Positions 25,486-39,233 of a stretch of 64,000 nt of DNA are shown piece after piece. The DNA is from Ascidiella aspersa (taxonomy: Eukaryota). The notes below the pieces were generated by a model. That model was not told the origin of the DNA. It did not search any database and saw nothing but the letters and a program-made list of their open reading frames with translations. The translations under genes and the position numbers were made by a program. Positions within the stretch are counted from its first letter, which is position 1. The number at the start of each line of letters is the position of its first letter. The stretch covers positions 30,752,001 through 30,816,000 of the forward strand of contig OZ004612.1 of NCBI GenBank assembly GCA_963924565.1, read 5' to 3'.

Positions 25486-27162
25486 GTAAAGAGTTGCTGG
25501 TCTTTTAATTGACCCCGATCCAGCTCCAGTGGCACTTTCTATTGCTTCCTGTCCTTTTTCACACTTGCTTCTTTACAGCTTGTCCCGGAAAGTGTCAGCT
25601 CGTATTCACGACGTCACAGTCACCGGTTTGTGACGAAACAGTGCAGGAATTCCACGCTTAACTGCACATTTGGCGGTTGTGGTCTCATTGCAAGCTTAAG
25701 GTTGTATAGGCTTGACCTTATATGGCGAGCACTCTAGCGTTTAGTGGTTTGCAGACGAGACTAGCCTTATTACATGAGTCAGGCATTAAGCAAAGCGTGG
25801 GAACTTGGATCACAATTCCAAGGAACTAGTGTTGGGAGAAGATTGTTTTTTCATTCAACAAGGGTGAACAAATATTCCCTGGTTATGTATAGTAGGTAAA
25901 AGCTATACATAGCAGTGTTGTAATCAAATTATTTTGAAATGACTCAAGTCCCAGTCAAGTCATTTAAAAAAAATGAAGCCCAAGTCAAGTTATTTTGAAT
26001 AAATAACAAGTTAAGTCATAATTATAGCAACATCTAAACGTTTATTCTGTTCAACCTTTACAATTTACAGTTTGCGGCCTTATCAGTTTCCAATTTGGTA
26101 CTGCGCATGCGCACCTATAGTCTTTGGTGTTCTGACTGGAGTCCCTACTCCACAGTCCTGCTTTTGTGTTGCGGTAAACCAGTGGTGGCCAACTTTTATT
26201 CCAATGCGCTGCAAAAAATGTTTAATGTTTTACGACGATAGTCAACAGATGCACACTAAACAGCAAAAGCTGTTAGTCATTGTCATTGTTCAGTTACTTA
26301 AATTTATGTTGTAATTTGTTTCTTGAAAACAGTTGTAATTATTTTTTAACGATGCCTTTCCTTATATTATATCTGTGGTATGATGCACCACTTGTAATGG
26401 TACGTGAGCTATTAGCTGGCCACGCCTACTTGAAATATTCCGGCTGCTAAAGTTGTCTTTTTAGCAAAATAGTTTTTTCATGGATTGGAAAAAATATTCA
26501 ATAAATTTTTTTGTTTTCATTTTTTTACTTTTTAACACACAATTGAAATTGATAACAAAACAATTGTTCGACAGGCAACATTTATTTACAACAATTAAAA
26601 AATCTTTATAGAAACAAACCACACAAAAATCGACTAAGATGGTTGTGAACTTTTAATACGAAAGCGTTGGAAAAAAATGGCTGCAAAGCTACAAGTGTGT
26701 TATAATTGACGAGAAATTTGTGTAAAACGAGAAAATATTGTGTTGTGTACAACCATATAATTTTAAAAAACTTCTGTCAAAACGCGTATAGTTTTCCATA
26801 TGTTCCCAATTACCCACAGAAAAGTTTTGCCGATTATTATTTAAAATTGGCTTTTACCAATTTTTTCGTTCAAATGTTTATCAATTTAAAGTCTTTCTTG
26901 GTTTACAGTTTAGTTTTTTTATTTTGTGTCCAAATTATGTACAGATATTTAAATTAAACTTCTGTTCAAATGCAGACAGACATGCCACCCACAAAAGTGT
27001 AAAAACTAAAAAAGTTGGAACTATAACTTAATGTGTCAGACGAAAAGAGAGAAGTATAAATAACAAGTGTTCATTGAAAACATTTCCCGCCCAATCTTGG
27101 CGATTTCAAACGTAAACAAAAAAAATCCCGCCTTTTTTAAAAAAAAAGGTCAGCAACTTCTC

Positions 27163-30100
27163 TCATCCAATCGGATTGCCGACTTTTCCCGCGAAAAGAA
27201 TCGCTCCGGTCGCATCGTGACGTAACAAGTAGAGGAAGGGCTTATTGACCTTTTGAACCCGGGTCACGACCGATCTAATTCCGACCGATATGACCGTTGA
27301 CCCCGCCGCCTCGACCCCTTGCTCAGTGGCGCGTAACTTCGCTTTGTGACGTATGTCTTGCACGTGGAGGTGCTCGAAGTTGCTCATGCGTGACAGGTCC
27401 GCGTGCTGTGCGTCAAATACGTCATTGACGCCCATGCGACGTAATACTGACGTCATATCCCTGACGTCATACTCCATCTTGAACTTAGGCATTGTGATCT
27501 GGCACATTACGATCTCACGTTTTCCACGATTGCGATCTAAAATGTAGAATAAGGCAGAAATAAAAAAAAAAGTAATGATAATAACAAAAAACAAATTTTA
27601 AATGCGTAGAATGAATTTCAAAGCTCATACAGAAGTAGGTGGCATTTTTTAAACGTTTCGAATAATTCTTAATATTTTTTCAAAATGCTACTTACTTCTG
27701 TGTGGGCTTTGACATTTTACTACTGAAACCTCCAGCCATTATGCTTCACAGTTTTAAAGGATATTTTGGTCTATGAAAAAGTAGAAAAATAAAAACGTGC
27801 TTAATTAGAAAAAAAATATCAAAAATAGTATTTAACAACTGGACATTACTGAACTTCTTAAAGCATAAGCAAATTTTGACATAACACCTGGAAAAATACC
27901 TTTGAACGTTTTATTTCGCTTGTTTAAACATTATCGCATCTGATCGCGATTCGTTTAGTCCAAAATATCGGGTATCGATATTTGAACAAAATGTCAAGTA
28001 TCGGGCATTTCTAATTTCAACTTGACGTCGTACTGTCTTGTTGTTCCAGTGTTTATAGCAGAGTAGTAACCCACCTTGCCATATTTGGTTGATAAGGTTC
28101 CCAACTTTCTCCACCATAGTTCCATCCTCGTTGTCATAAAGTAAGCTGAAGTTACCTGCCTCTCTTGGCATTATCATCATCATACTGATGCTGTCTGTAA
28201 AAATAACAGATTTTAAACAAGGGTTCTTAAACACAATGTTCTGTTGCGTCGTTTTAATGAATCCATCTACATTGAATTTCGCTAATGACGTGTACATTTG
28301 AGCCTAGTGTTACGAAAAGATAACTGTAGCCATTGATTAATAATGATTTTCTGACACAAACAAATGACAAATTTGCGTTGCTGTGTATAAATTTTACGGA
28401 AAATTAGTTTCTTTAGCCTGATGTGTTTTAAGTTTACAAACTTTTTCTAAAGGCTAGAAAAAAGTTTGATAACTACTGGTTCGAAGGTTTGAATGATAAT
28501 AAGTCAATTTAGAATCAATAATTACAGTAGTCACTGATGTGAATGTTCTATTAAAACAACAGGCATTTTGACGTCACAATGGCTTAAGTTTGTAGCATAA
28601 CTTCTTCATTACAAGGCAACTGACATGTTAACAATTGTTCTTGACGTATTTAAACATCGTGTTTGGAGCACTGATGCTTTTGGCCAGAGATGTCTTTAGA
28701 TTTCGTGTTCTAATGAATTGTTTTACAAGTATTGCTTGTAGACATGTTAAATCGATGGCATTCGTGTGCGGATTTTTTACAAGCTTACATCGAAACATAT
28801 ACTGCAGTTTAAAACTATTGGAGAATCAAGCTTCAATAGCAACTAACGTTGCATAGTAGCTGTATTTTGTGTATTCATTTTGCAGTATTAGCAGCAGACA
28901 GTTACGCTTACAAATAGTCTGTACATCTTGTTTTACATGAAATGCTGCATTGAACTGTCATGTATGGTTTGTTTTGTTTTATCAGCTTTGCTGTCAGATA
29001 CTGGTGTACGTTAAGAGCTCAGCTTTATACAGATAACGCCTATGCAACCGACAAAACAGTTTCCAGCTAATATAAAAAGCCTATACTGGCTGTGTCATTT
29101 CTTTAAATGTGGGCAGAGAGTACAATAGAACCCCGCTGATTCAGTTCTTTCGGCACCAGTTAGTTTCGTTTTAGCACAGAGCATTTCTTCAGCAAGATAA
29201 CTGCTATTGTTGCCACTTCACAAAGCTATAAGCTGTCTTTAGTTACCCTTATATTTTGCATTGTACTTTCATTGAACTAATTGAGGATGCAGTAATATCA
29301 AAGCCCATACAGAAGTAGTTAACATTTTGTGGAAGTTTTGAATAAATCTTGATTCTTGAGATATTGGCTGTAGATTGCATATGCGCGTAAAATGAATATC
29401 AAAGCCTATTCAGAAGTAGGCAACATTTTTTATGTTTTCAATAATTCATGTTGAAAATGAATAAAGAGATAGTCAAAACGAAATGTTACCTACTATATGT
29501 GGGTTTTGATTTCTTACTTCGGTTAACTACATTCTATAATAGAGGATGTAACTTGATGCACACTTCTTGTATAGAGTGATTATGTTAATTAAACCACAAG
29601 ATTACCCAAAACTCGCCTAATGTTGTTGATAAGACAAGTAATGTGAAATGCTAGATATATTTTTTTGCCTAATCGTGTTGTCTCTAAAAATGCAAAAATA
29701 CCGTTATTAGCAAAACAAACAAGTCTTGGATTTCTTGGCTTTCTTGTTTCGTTTAAAATACATTTATTTGCAAACAAACCATACAGTTTTTACCCAAATT
29801 GAAAACGTTAATGTTGCGCAAAGCACTTAGGTAGCTTGATTCGCCGTAGATGACACTTGTATTATAATAGCAACGCAACAATCTGTTAAAAGCAACATTA
29901 AATGCAACAATGTGTTAAATAGCAGCACTTGTGTCATTATTGTTGCTTCCTTATTACCACCCCCACATCCAGCTTTTCACTAAACTGCATTCTCGTATGC
30001 TATGCACTGTTCTACACCGCATATGGATGGCAGTGGATACAGTTATTGTATGTGGGCTGACACTAGCATGTTAAGTTAGCGTACTGTAGAACATTTAGTG

Positions 30101-33100
30101 AAAAGTAGTTGATGAAATATATCACTAAGTTATCTGTGAGTTTCGTCTCGTTAGTTTTTGTTAGACCAATCGTATTTACGCGTTTGTCGTGCATATGAAT
30201 GGATATATCTCTTGCATATGATTTGACACTAGTTAGCGTTGCAATGTTAACGGACAGTTAGGCGAAATGTAGTTGAACTTTTGGCTGAGTTACTAATGTG
30301 TTGTTTTTAGGTTTTTAGTCGAGTCAGTTTTTGTTTTAATTAAAAACTTTTGCAAAGTGGAATTGTTGCAAGACCATTCCTATCTGTAAGTTGTCAACTT
30401 AATATACATTAGTGTTTCATCTTTTTAATGTATAAGAGCATTTAAATGTATAAGTACTTCTATGAAATGTACTGATGGCTGCATGTAATGACCGACACAT
30501 AAAACAAAACAAATTAATTGCCAGCATCAGGCTTGTCCGATAGTATCAAATAAGAGTCGATACCCGATGCCGAGTTGTAGTATCGCTAAGGTGGGATCGG
30601 AGCCGATCCAATACCAAACTAATATAGGTATTGTAGATATGATTTGCTACCTAATGCATGAATTTCCACCTTAAATGGTTGAATTCATCGTAAAATAATA
30701 GTTAACAACTGGTGGTAAATAAACTTATTTACGCTAAAGCGAATTTGGGCCTTTTAACATGAGAAAATTCCCTACGAGCGTTTTAACTTAATCTATTTAG
30801 TTTGTTTGAGCTTAGTAATGACGTCATTGGTATCAGATCGAATCGCGATATGTTTTATCTAAATAATAATGTCGACTATCGGACTCCACTAGTCAGCATT
30901 AGGTTCGACTATATCACATTAGTTTATCGCTCTCACCTGCCAGCGACAGTACGGTGACGTCAGAGTTGATGACGTCGTCAGCGTACATGGTGCACTGGTA
31001 CTCCTTGTTGTACATGGTTGGCACGTTGATGAAGTGGTGGGGGGAGAGCCAGAACTTGCGGGATCGCGTTTTGGAGAGGTCGAAGCCGATCTTCCACGAA
31101 GCCTGTGTGGAAATAAATGTAGAAGTATTTTTTTAAACTGATGTTTAACATTTTAAGCAGTGGTTTCTAAACTTTTTCGAGTCGTTTGAATTTTAAATGA
31201 CAAATTTTACTAATAAGTTGTAAAAAGAAAAAAATTGTCAGTTGCCAAAATGTTTTCCTCTTATAATTGCTGAAATGAAACGAACCTTAGTTCTTAGCGG
31301 GGTGTTTTAACTTGAATCAAACCTGACATTTTAACTAAAACCCAAATTTCAGTAAAATTTTATCTTGAAATTTAAGTATTTTCTAAGACATTGTACTGAA
31401 AAAAGGCGAAAAACAAATATTCGCTCACCTTCAGATAGAGGGCGTTAACGAGCAGTAATCTTGCATCGTTCGTGAGACTCCCGGCCGGAAGTATTTCGGC
31501 GATCAACTTCCGGGTTCGTTTTCTCACGTACTTGTTGATCTTCTGTCTAGCGACCTCAGTCGAGCCGCTGATGTCGATCCGTCGCGCTTGAGTGGCGTTC
31601 AAACTAGAGAAAGGCATCAGATGAATTTACAATATCTATAAAAAAAGGCGTATCTTTATTGAATCCAAAACCATCTGCAGCAGGTTTCTGCTTGTCGATC
31701 ACTGTTCCGCTGACGCGTATATTAACAATAAAACTTTAGGTCTAAGTCGTTTTTTTTTTAGATGTTGTAAAAATTCTCGTTTTTTTAAACTTTGAGTTTT
31801 ATTGCTTGTTTTAAAATGTGAGAACAAACGATAAATAAGTAAAAAAACAGCATTGGCCAATGAGAAAATACAAAATAAAATATATTTTTTTGTCAGTGAG
31901 GAGACAAAAAAGTTTGATTTAATGGAGCCCATACCTCTACTTCACTTTTGCTTTCTTTTCCGAAAAAAATTAAATCTTTAAATCCGCGCTCTATTATGAC
32001 TTTTATCTTAAATAAAAATTGGTCAATTTGAACCCGTTACCCCTGCTTCACTAAGTTTTTAAATTTGCGCTCTGTCCCCAGTCGTGACTTCTATCTTGTA
32101 AAAAAACAAAAAATAAAAATAATAAAATTGGGTCAATTGTCAATATAATTCACTTTGGTTTACAAAAAAGTTTAAATCTTCAAATCTGTGCTCTGTCCCA
32201 CCTTGTTACTTCCTTCTTGTACTTTTTCTTGAGCCTGACGCTTCTGTCGACGTAAACCCGGTTGGCGCAAGTAAGCTTGTACTTCCGCGTTCGCTCGAAC
32301 AACGTCGTGTACATCTCTGTGAGGTCATCACTACTGACGTCACGTTCAAGTCTCATGGCCGCGTTGACTTGGGCGAGCGACTGACCGCTAAGACCTATTG
32401 GAAGTTTAACATTTAGCAACGATTTTTTAACAATTTAATCAAGGATTGTTAAACTGTGCTTTGTGCAACCCTGGGTTGTTTTAATCTTTCCAAGGCCGTC
32501 GCATTTAATATCTACCACAAATAGTTTTATGACGTAAAAAACCTCGATCCACGTGAAGCAAAAATTGAATTTAGATTTTAAATTGCTTGTAAGTATAGTA
32601 ATTTAATTTCTATACAAGTAACTAATGTAGCACAGTAACGCAATACCAAAATGTGGCTTGGTTTACATTTAACTGAGACAAATAAATGATTTACACAAAT
32701 ACATTTTATATTTTATGTGTATGATTAAGCATCCCCGCATCCCCTTGGAACAGTTAGGGGTGCGAGAACCCCTGGTTAAAAACCTATCCTATATAGTTGT
32801 TACCTGGCCTGAGCATTGCGAGCGCTGTGTAGAGAGACAGAGGTGACAACACGAGGTTCTGACTCGCGTTTGCGTTTGGCATCTTGCTCATTAGGTCAAA
32901 GGTGAAGTCTTGGAGGGATTGTGACGCAACAAGGGTGAAGGGGCGGTGTTTAGGGGGTGAAGGTGAGGGTGCAGAGGGGTAAGCATCGTTGTCGAATTCA
33001 TCGGTTAACTGTAAAAAAAGAGATTTGATTTAAGCTAAATCTTTTTAAGTTACAGCTTTAAGGAAAATTATTAGCTGTGAATAAGGGATTTTTTTTTAAT

Positions 33101-33638
33101 ATTCGTAAATTCGTGATTTTAGCTACATTTTATGTAATTACAGCTTTAAAATTTAATTAAACCACATTTTATTCAAAACTAACAGAAAACCTTTTTAATT
33201 GTACTTGTAACTTTTATTAGAAGTTCATTTTGTAAATTATTATCGTTTTATTAAAGCATGATGTGCCAGTAGTTGGTATAAACTTTATATTAATCAAAAC
33301 AATCAAAAATGTCACAATTTTGGAAATTTCGAAAATTTATATAAAAATGTTGGTTTAAACTTACCCCATATTGATAATCACTCAACGAATATTCTGAAAA
33401 TAAACGAAACGGTTTTAAAAGTTGTTAAACAAACAATGATTTTTTAATTATACCACACACAAAAAAAATTACTCCAGTAGTGCACGGTAAACCAAATTAT
33501 AAATTAATTTATATGGAATATATGAAAAACGAGCAGAAAAAACATTTTCTTACCTTCATAATTTTGAGGAAACCCGTCGAATTCGTCGTGGCAGTGTGAC
33601 GTCACAATGCACATGCAGACGATTGCTAACACGATCAT
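27163..33638 (-). CDS. Secreted serpin (serpin B), ~448 aa, 8 coding exons, RCL P1-P1' Arg-Ser, acidic N-terminal extension
   Basis: Exons (minus): 33638-33554, 33393-33365, 33008-32804, 32394-32202, 31603-31429, 31102-30937, 28194-28075, 27536-27163. GT-AG, total 1347 nt in frame. Signal-like MIVLAIVCMCIVTSHC. Motifs NLVLSPLSL, LTCANRVY, LLVNALYLKASW, MPKFKME, EQGVEAAGSTVISVGIR-S, VNKPFLYLLRHDATGAILFAGKV. Confidence 0.93.
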
Positions 33639-35473
33639 TTTTCAATTTCAATGTTCGTTTATAAAAATCTGTATCTAAACAAATAAACAGTATTTTTTAG
33701 ATTGGCATAATTTGTTTAATAATGCAATAGAAAAATGTGTCTAGGTTAACACCTGCAGGGAATTACAGTCACACACGTGTTGCCTACTGCTGGTAGCTAA
33801 CCTTTTTTGCGCTATAGCAAATTGTGGCTTAATAATCTGGAAATAAAACACCCTTGAACGTTTAATTTTTTTTTGTTTGAGCAAACTCATGACGTCATTT
33901 AGATCGGATCGCTTCGCGATAATTTTTGTATAAAAATATCGGGTATCGGTCTCTGAAAACAAGTATCGTTCATCCTTATACTGCCCCGTTCATATGGGGT
34001 CGATTTGTCAACTTAAGCTCAATTTCTTAAAAATCCACAGTGATGTCGCCTGATACCACCTGTTGTTTGGGTCAAACCTCTAATTAGACAATTATAACTG
34101 CTACTTTGATTAACCACCTGACATTAAGTGACAACATAAAGTTGCGCTTGAACCACTGATCATAACAATTCACTTGAAGATCTAATTAATTTCACTAAAA
34201 CTTTCCTTCTGAGCTCTCTTCGGTATCGGCTTAATTAGGTTGAAATCTACCTTTGCTGTTTCCCATTAAAAGCAAAATTAAAATACGTTGAACTAAATTC
34301 AAACCTTTTCAAATATCTGAGAAAAAACGTATAATATCTGAGAAAAAACGTAAATAAATTAAAAGAGCTTTGCAAACCATAATTTTGGAAGCTTTCTTCT
34401 AAAATGTCATCAAAACGTCGGCATTTAGCCAACCTGTCTAAACGACCTAATTTAGCTTTGCACCGAATTCGCAAACTCCATTCAAGTCGGTTTGACCTGG
34501 CGCATCTGAAGCTCTTCAATGGGAGGCTTCGCGCGTTCTGCGTTATATCCTTCCACTCGCCATTTAAACGTCACCTTAGGGCCTTGTGAAGTCACAGTCG
34601 CTCGACAATCGAGGCGGAAATTCGCACTTCAGGTCAAAATACTGAAACAACTTGGAGAGACTTGAATGGTGGAAGATGGCCGCTTATTAAATATCGGCCG
34701 CTGTAGCCTCTGGGACACCTTTGCGACGACTTATCTTGTCTCATGTAACTTGCGCCTTGAATCGAGTTAACGGAAGCGAGTTTATTTATATCAAACCTTT
34801 ACAGTTTCCGATTTGGAGCTAAACATCGCGCGCCAAAAGGTCACTGTACTTTTAACTTTGTAGTACCTTGGCTTTCTTTAACGAGCAGCAAACACGATAA
34901 GCGACGCTGTATTAAGTCCACACCAGGAAGCCTAATGCGTTATGGTCAATACTATATGTTTATACGTCGTTATTCATACTCAGTTACCCACTTACTCGCT
35001 TTGGTGAGAAATGTTAAAAAAATCCGACACTGAATAATGTAAGAGGCCAGAGATCGTAATAAAACTGACAAGTTAAGCCCTTTTTGACGCTGGCTGCTAA
35101 ACCAAACCTATATTGAACCATTTTGTCCATATTTAAGATTGTTTAATATAAAGATTTTTGCGTCGTTTCAATTTTCAAAGGGCTACACATAATTATTCCG
35201 TTTTGTAATTAAACTGAACTGCGGTATATAATACATCCACATTTTTATCTCCTGGCATATGCATTCAAAGTTACTGTTGCAAAAAATTGAATCGATTAAT
35301 TATGATTATGTGATACAAAATATGAATAAATAAATAAATAAAAATTGACTGCGACGCAATTCTAACAAACATTTTTAAAGCAAAAAAAGTTTGAGGACCG
35401 CCGCCTTAATTCCTTTCAACCAGGTTATTTGGGCAAAAACTAAGAAACACAACACGCACGAACCTACAGCACC

Positions 35474-35618
35474 CAGTGTTGTAAACAGGTCATTTTGAAA
35501 TCGACTTAGGTCCCAGTTAAGTCATTTTGAAATAACATTAGTAGTAGTCAGGTCATTTAAAAACAGTGACTTAAGTGTACTTAATTCAGGTCAAGGGCTT
35601 GAGTCATATACATCACTG
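35474..35618. mobile_element. Short MITE of the CAGTGTTGTA / (CAAGT)n family
   Basis: Ends CAGTGTTGTA / TACATCACTG, flanks ACAGCACC and ACCGCACC (7/8). Related copies or fragments near 5060-5170, 6170, 6670-6715, 13296-13450, 25913-26020 and 53560-53730. Confidence 0.75.
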
Positions 35619-38600
35619 ACCGCACCTGTTATTTTACTAGCGATTTTCGTAATGGTTGGAGGTTGTAGCAAGACGTAGTAAGAATATCAAAGCCCATACA
35701 GAAGTAGAAAGCATATGAATATGTTAAATATGAATAAAGAGTTATTCGAAACGTTCCCAATGATACATTGCTCTGTATGGGCTTTGATATTCTTACTTTC
35801 TTTTCACTTAATAACTTTGGTGTTTGCTAGCAACGCAAAACTACGCTACTTCAAACCTGCATTAAAATCCCCTTAAACCATGCACCTAGAACTTAGAGCA
35901 GCAACTTTTAAACGTTAAAAATATAAAAAGAACCGCTTTTAAAAAAAGAAGAGGCTTCTTTTTGAAACGCCAAGAATGCAAACCTTATAATGACGCACGT
36001 TAAAATACCTGTGGGGTTAACCACCCGTATAATGCTTTCGCTTGGTATATCATTGCATGTTGTGAAGGGCGGTAAACTTGTCTAATCGATTTATGGGTTT
36101 GGTCGCATTTGTCTTTATTATAAGCTTAAATTGTGGTTGCAATGTTAAACAATGTTGACAAGCTTACGCACCACCGTTTTTTCTGGGCAAAGAGTTAAAA
36201 AACACACAATAGCGCCTTTTTATTTTTTTTCTGGTGTATACTTGATTCTAATGCAAATTTAAATGACAAATTTTACAATATTTGCAAGTATTAAAGGCTC
36301 ATTCTAGATCACGTAAAATCGTATCTCAACTACATGAAAAACCTTGATTTTACGCATTTTTTCAATCATCATAGGAACGTGGTTAAATGCGATTTTAAAG
36401 CATTCCAGGAGATAACATGACTTTCGGCAAACAAGCCCTTAGCTTTACAGGACAACACCATAAGCTAATACCACGAAACACAAAATTTAACATCTCAATT
36501 AAATGTTGCTGAATACACTTTAGAATTGTCTTATTTTACAATCTGATACTTGACACTTTTTATATATTAGGAAACCATATTCCCAGCTGTCTCTATATAA
36601 AACCTTATACTTTTTTAGTGTTTTCTACACTCACCTATTTAGCATGTGATCGAAATGCACTTAAAATTAACCTTAACTAAAATAACTTAAAAAAAAACAA
36701 TCCGCATCGTGTATGTACGGCTTGTACGCTTACAACCAACCAACAACAAGTAAGTACCTCATTTCACTATTCCTGCAATCTGAACATATTGCACCTTAAA
36801 AAACAATTTCAAATCGCCTTTTTTTGCAAACTTGCAACACAACAACTCTTCTATTCATCGGGGAACATCGGAGGGAGTCTTGTCCATAACTGCGGTTCAA
36901 GCGCTTCGTAATTACATCTTTGCACCTGACTTAATTGATGCTCTCAGGTTCCACGTTGAGTAAATTGTGGATTAAGTGCTTCGTTCCATCCGCCTTAACA
37001 ATCGGGCGTCTGTTCTGTAGCATTCTGGCAACACGCCGCATTTTAAACTGCAAATTTTATCAAGATGTTCGCTGGCATTTTCCTACAAGTTTCTCAAAGA
37101 GTCCATTCTTACAAATACTGAGCATAATGGCTGGAGGTTGTTGTTAGACGTAGACGTAGAATGAAAAAAACATCTCATACAGAAGAAGTTAGCATTATCG
37201 GCCATTATCTTGTATTGGCATTAAAATTCCTTCTACTTTTAACTACAACCTCCAGCCATTATCTTAAGATTTATCCCAAACGTTCACAAAATTCTACAGT
37301 CTACTTAGTCATCCCACTTTAAAATCCAATTCGAAATGACAATTTTCACCGCTGCTTTTCATATTTATGCTCTTATATTCCATTATTGTGTCACAGTCAA
37401 CGCCACAATGAAGGCATTATCGCGTCAGACAAACCGCCAAGCTTGAAATTCGATGAAGAATTTCTCATTTCTCGCCGCCTGAACGCAATTCAAGTCCGCT
37501 GTGGTCTCCATATGCGCAGATTTAACGCCATCTGCCGAAATCCCGGGGTGCCAGTGAAAAATCCACAGACATTAAGAGCTCTTTCCTCACCCCAGGAATC
37601 GCAGGCTCAATGCTCTATCTACGTCACAGTGCCACTTGTTGCGTCACACTGCACGATAACTCGCTTGGCACGTGTAAATGACGTCACACTTGGCATTGTG
37701 TCGAGACAGGCGGCGATAGTGTGTGTTTGCAAACCTTCCTCTTCTTGATAAGACACGTTCTTTTCAGCCTTTCTAAAAGGTTCTAATTCTGTTGTTGTCT
37801 GAAATGGCTTCTATGTTTGGAATATGACGGACTTGTTAGGCTGTTCTGTGCAATCTCGTGGGATTATGTAGTCGGTAAATATATTGCCTGGAGAAATGCT
37901 ATTTCTGTGAAATCGCAAAATAAGCACGATACCACCCCCGTGTATTAAACTCCCCTTGCGGGCTGCAGCGCAAATATTAGTGCTCCTTGCTTGGCATTTG
38001 TTGTTTGTTTCTAGAGACTAATGATTCCTCATTTTGTGGCGAAACATATTCCTCGTAAAGAACTTATAAATGACTTTGATTAAGACAGAAAAGTGTTAAA
38101 GAATATTTGGTTCTATTTGAAGTAATTGTCATCATTTACGGGATTTTTGAGGGAGAATAAATATCTTGTTTTTACACATTTAGTTTGCCATTGTCCCTTT
38201 GTTTTTTTAGGCTTATTCATCTTTTCTTTGTTTTAGAAGTCTTTATCTGCTGCAGTTACGCAGACGGCTTGGTTTTAAGGGAGAAAGTAGCGGATCTAAA
38301 CACCTTTAACACCAATTATAGCTATTTAATCAATAATTTGTGTGCTCTGAGATTTCGGTGTCATTCACTTTGAAGAAGGCGACTTGAATAGGTTGCAGAA
38401 ACGTTGAAAAAATATAAAATTACTAGAGAGTTTTTTGATTAATGTTATGCCTGGCAACAACAGTTTATATATACTGCTATTGATTTGCCTTCACATTTAA
38501 ACGCCACTCGATAAACTGTTAGAAAACCAATTATAATCAATATTCACAACAAAACACACAAAGCAATCAAAATTCCTAAGCACAGCCAATACTTGAGCAA

Positions 38601-38897
38601 AACCAGGGTTAATACTCAGGTACAAACACAAAAAAGAAACACAATAACTCCCAATCATTGCCACACAACCTTCGTTATTCTCCTACTTACAATCTACTGC
38701 ATGCTTCTATCTCAACCAACAAGTTATTTGATATCTATCACGACTGCAGCATGTGGTTCTGCATTGGCCGACCTTATTCGGGTCCGTCGTGCATTTGTGG
38801 TCTGGGTCGTCTTGGGAGTCTAGCAATACACACATGAAAGCAACTGGCCCGCATTCATGGCCAATATGCAATAAGCCGGCTCCCTTCTGTACGCTAT

Positions 38898-38975
38898 ACA
38901 ACCAAACCTTAACCCTACAACCTACAACCAAACCTTAACCCTACAACCTACAACCAAACCTTAACCCTTCAACCA
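38898..38975. repeat. 26-bp minisatellite x3
   Basis: Unit ACAACCAAACCTTAACCCTACAACCT. Confidence 0.9.
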
Positions 38976-39035
38976 ATAAAAAATATCCCAAGGTCACTAA
39001 AAGTACTGTAAGGACACTAAACATGACCCTATTAC

Positions 39036-39233
39036 GGCGCTGGTCTAGAATCCTGTCACATTTTCACCGGGGTTTCCATTTCTGACATTATTTTGGTTAG
39101 GGTGCGGGTTAGCATTTAGGTTTGGGTGGGTCAAGTATCATTATGATATATAATATCACATATTTATTTCTCACTTGTAATTTCAATTTGGGCAACTTGG
39201 TAAAAAAGTTGGTAGGATTCTAGACCAGCTCCC
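39036..39233. mobile_element. MITE with GCTGGTCTAGAATCCT terminal inverted repeats
   Basis: GGCGCTGGTCTAGAATCCT ... AGGATTCTAGACCAGCTCCC, with internal GGTTAGGG-rich segment. Left-end copies at ~55594 and ~55934, fragment at ~63965-64000. Confidence 0.65.

Noticed and set aside
29915-29950. miR-15/16-like seed TAGCAGCAC
   Set aside because: No pre-miRNA-length hairpin, and the match is limited to the seed.
38898-38975. Telomeric array or CRISPR-like repeat
   Set aside because: TAACCC occurs only once per 26-bp unit, there are no unique spacers, and the context is eukaryotic.
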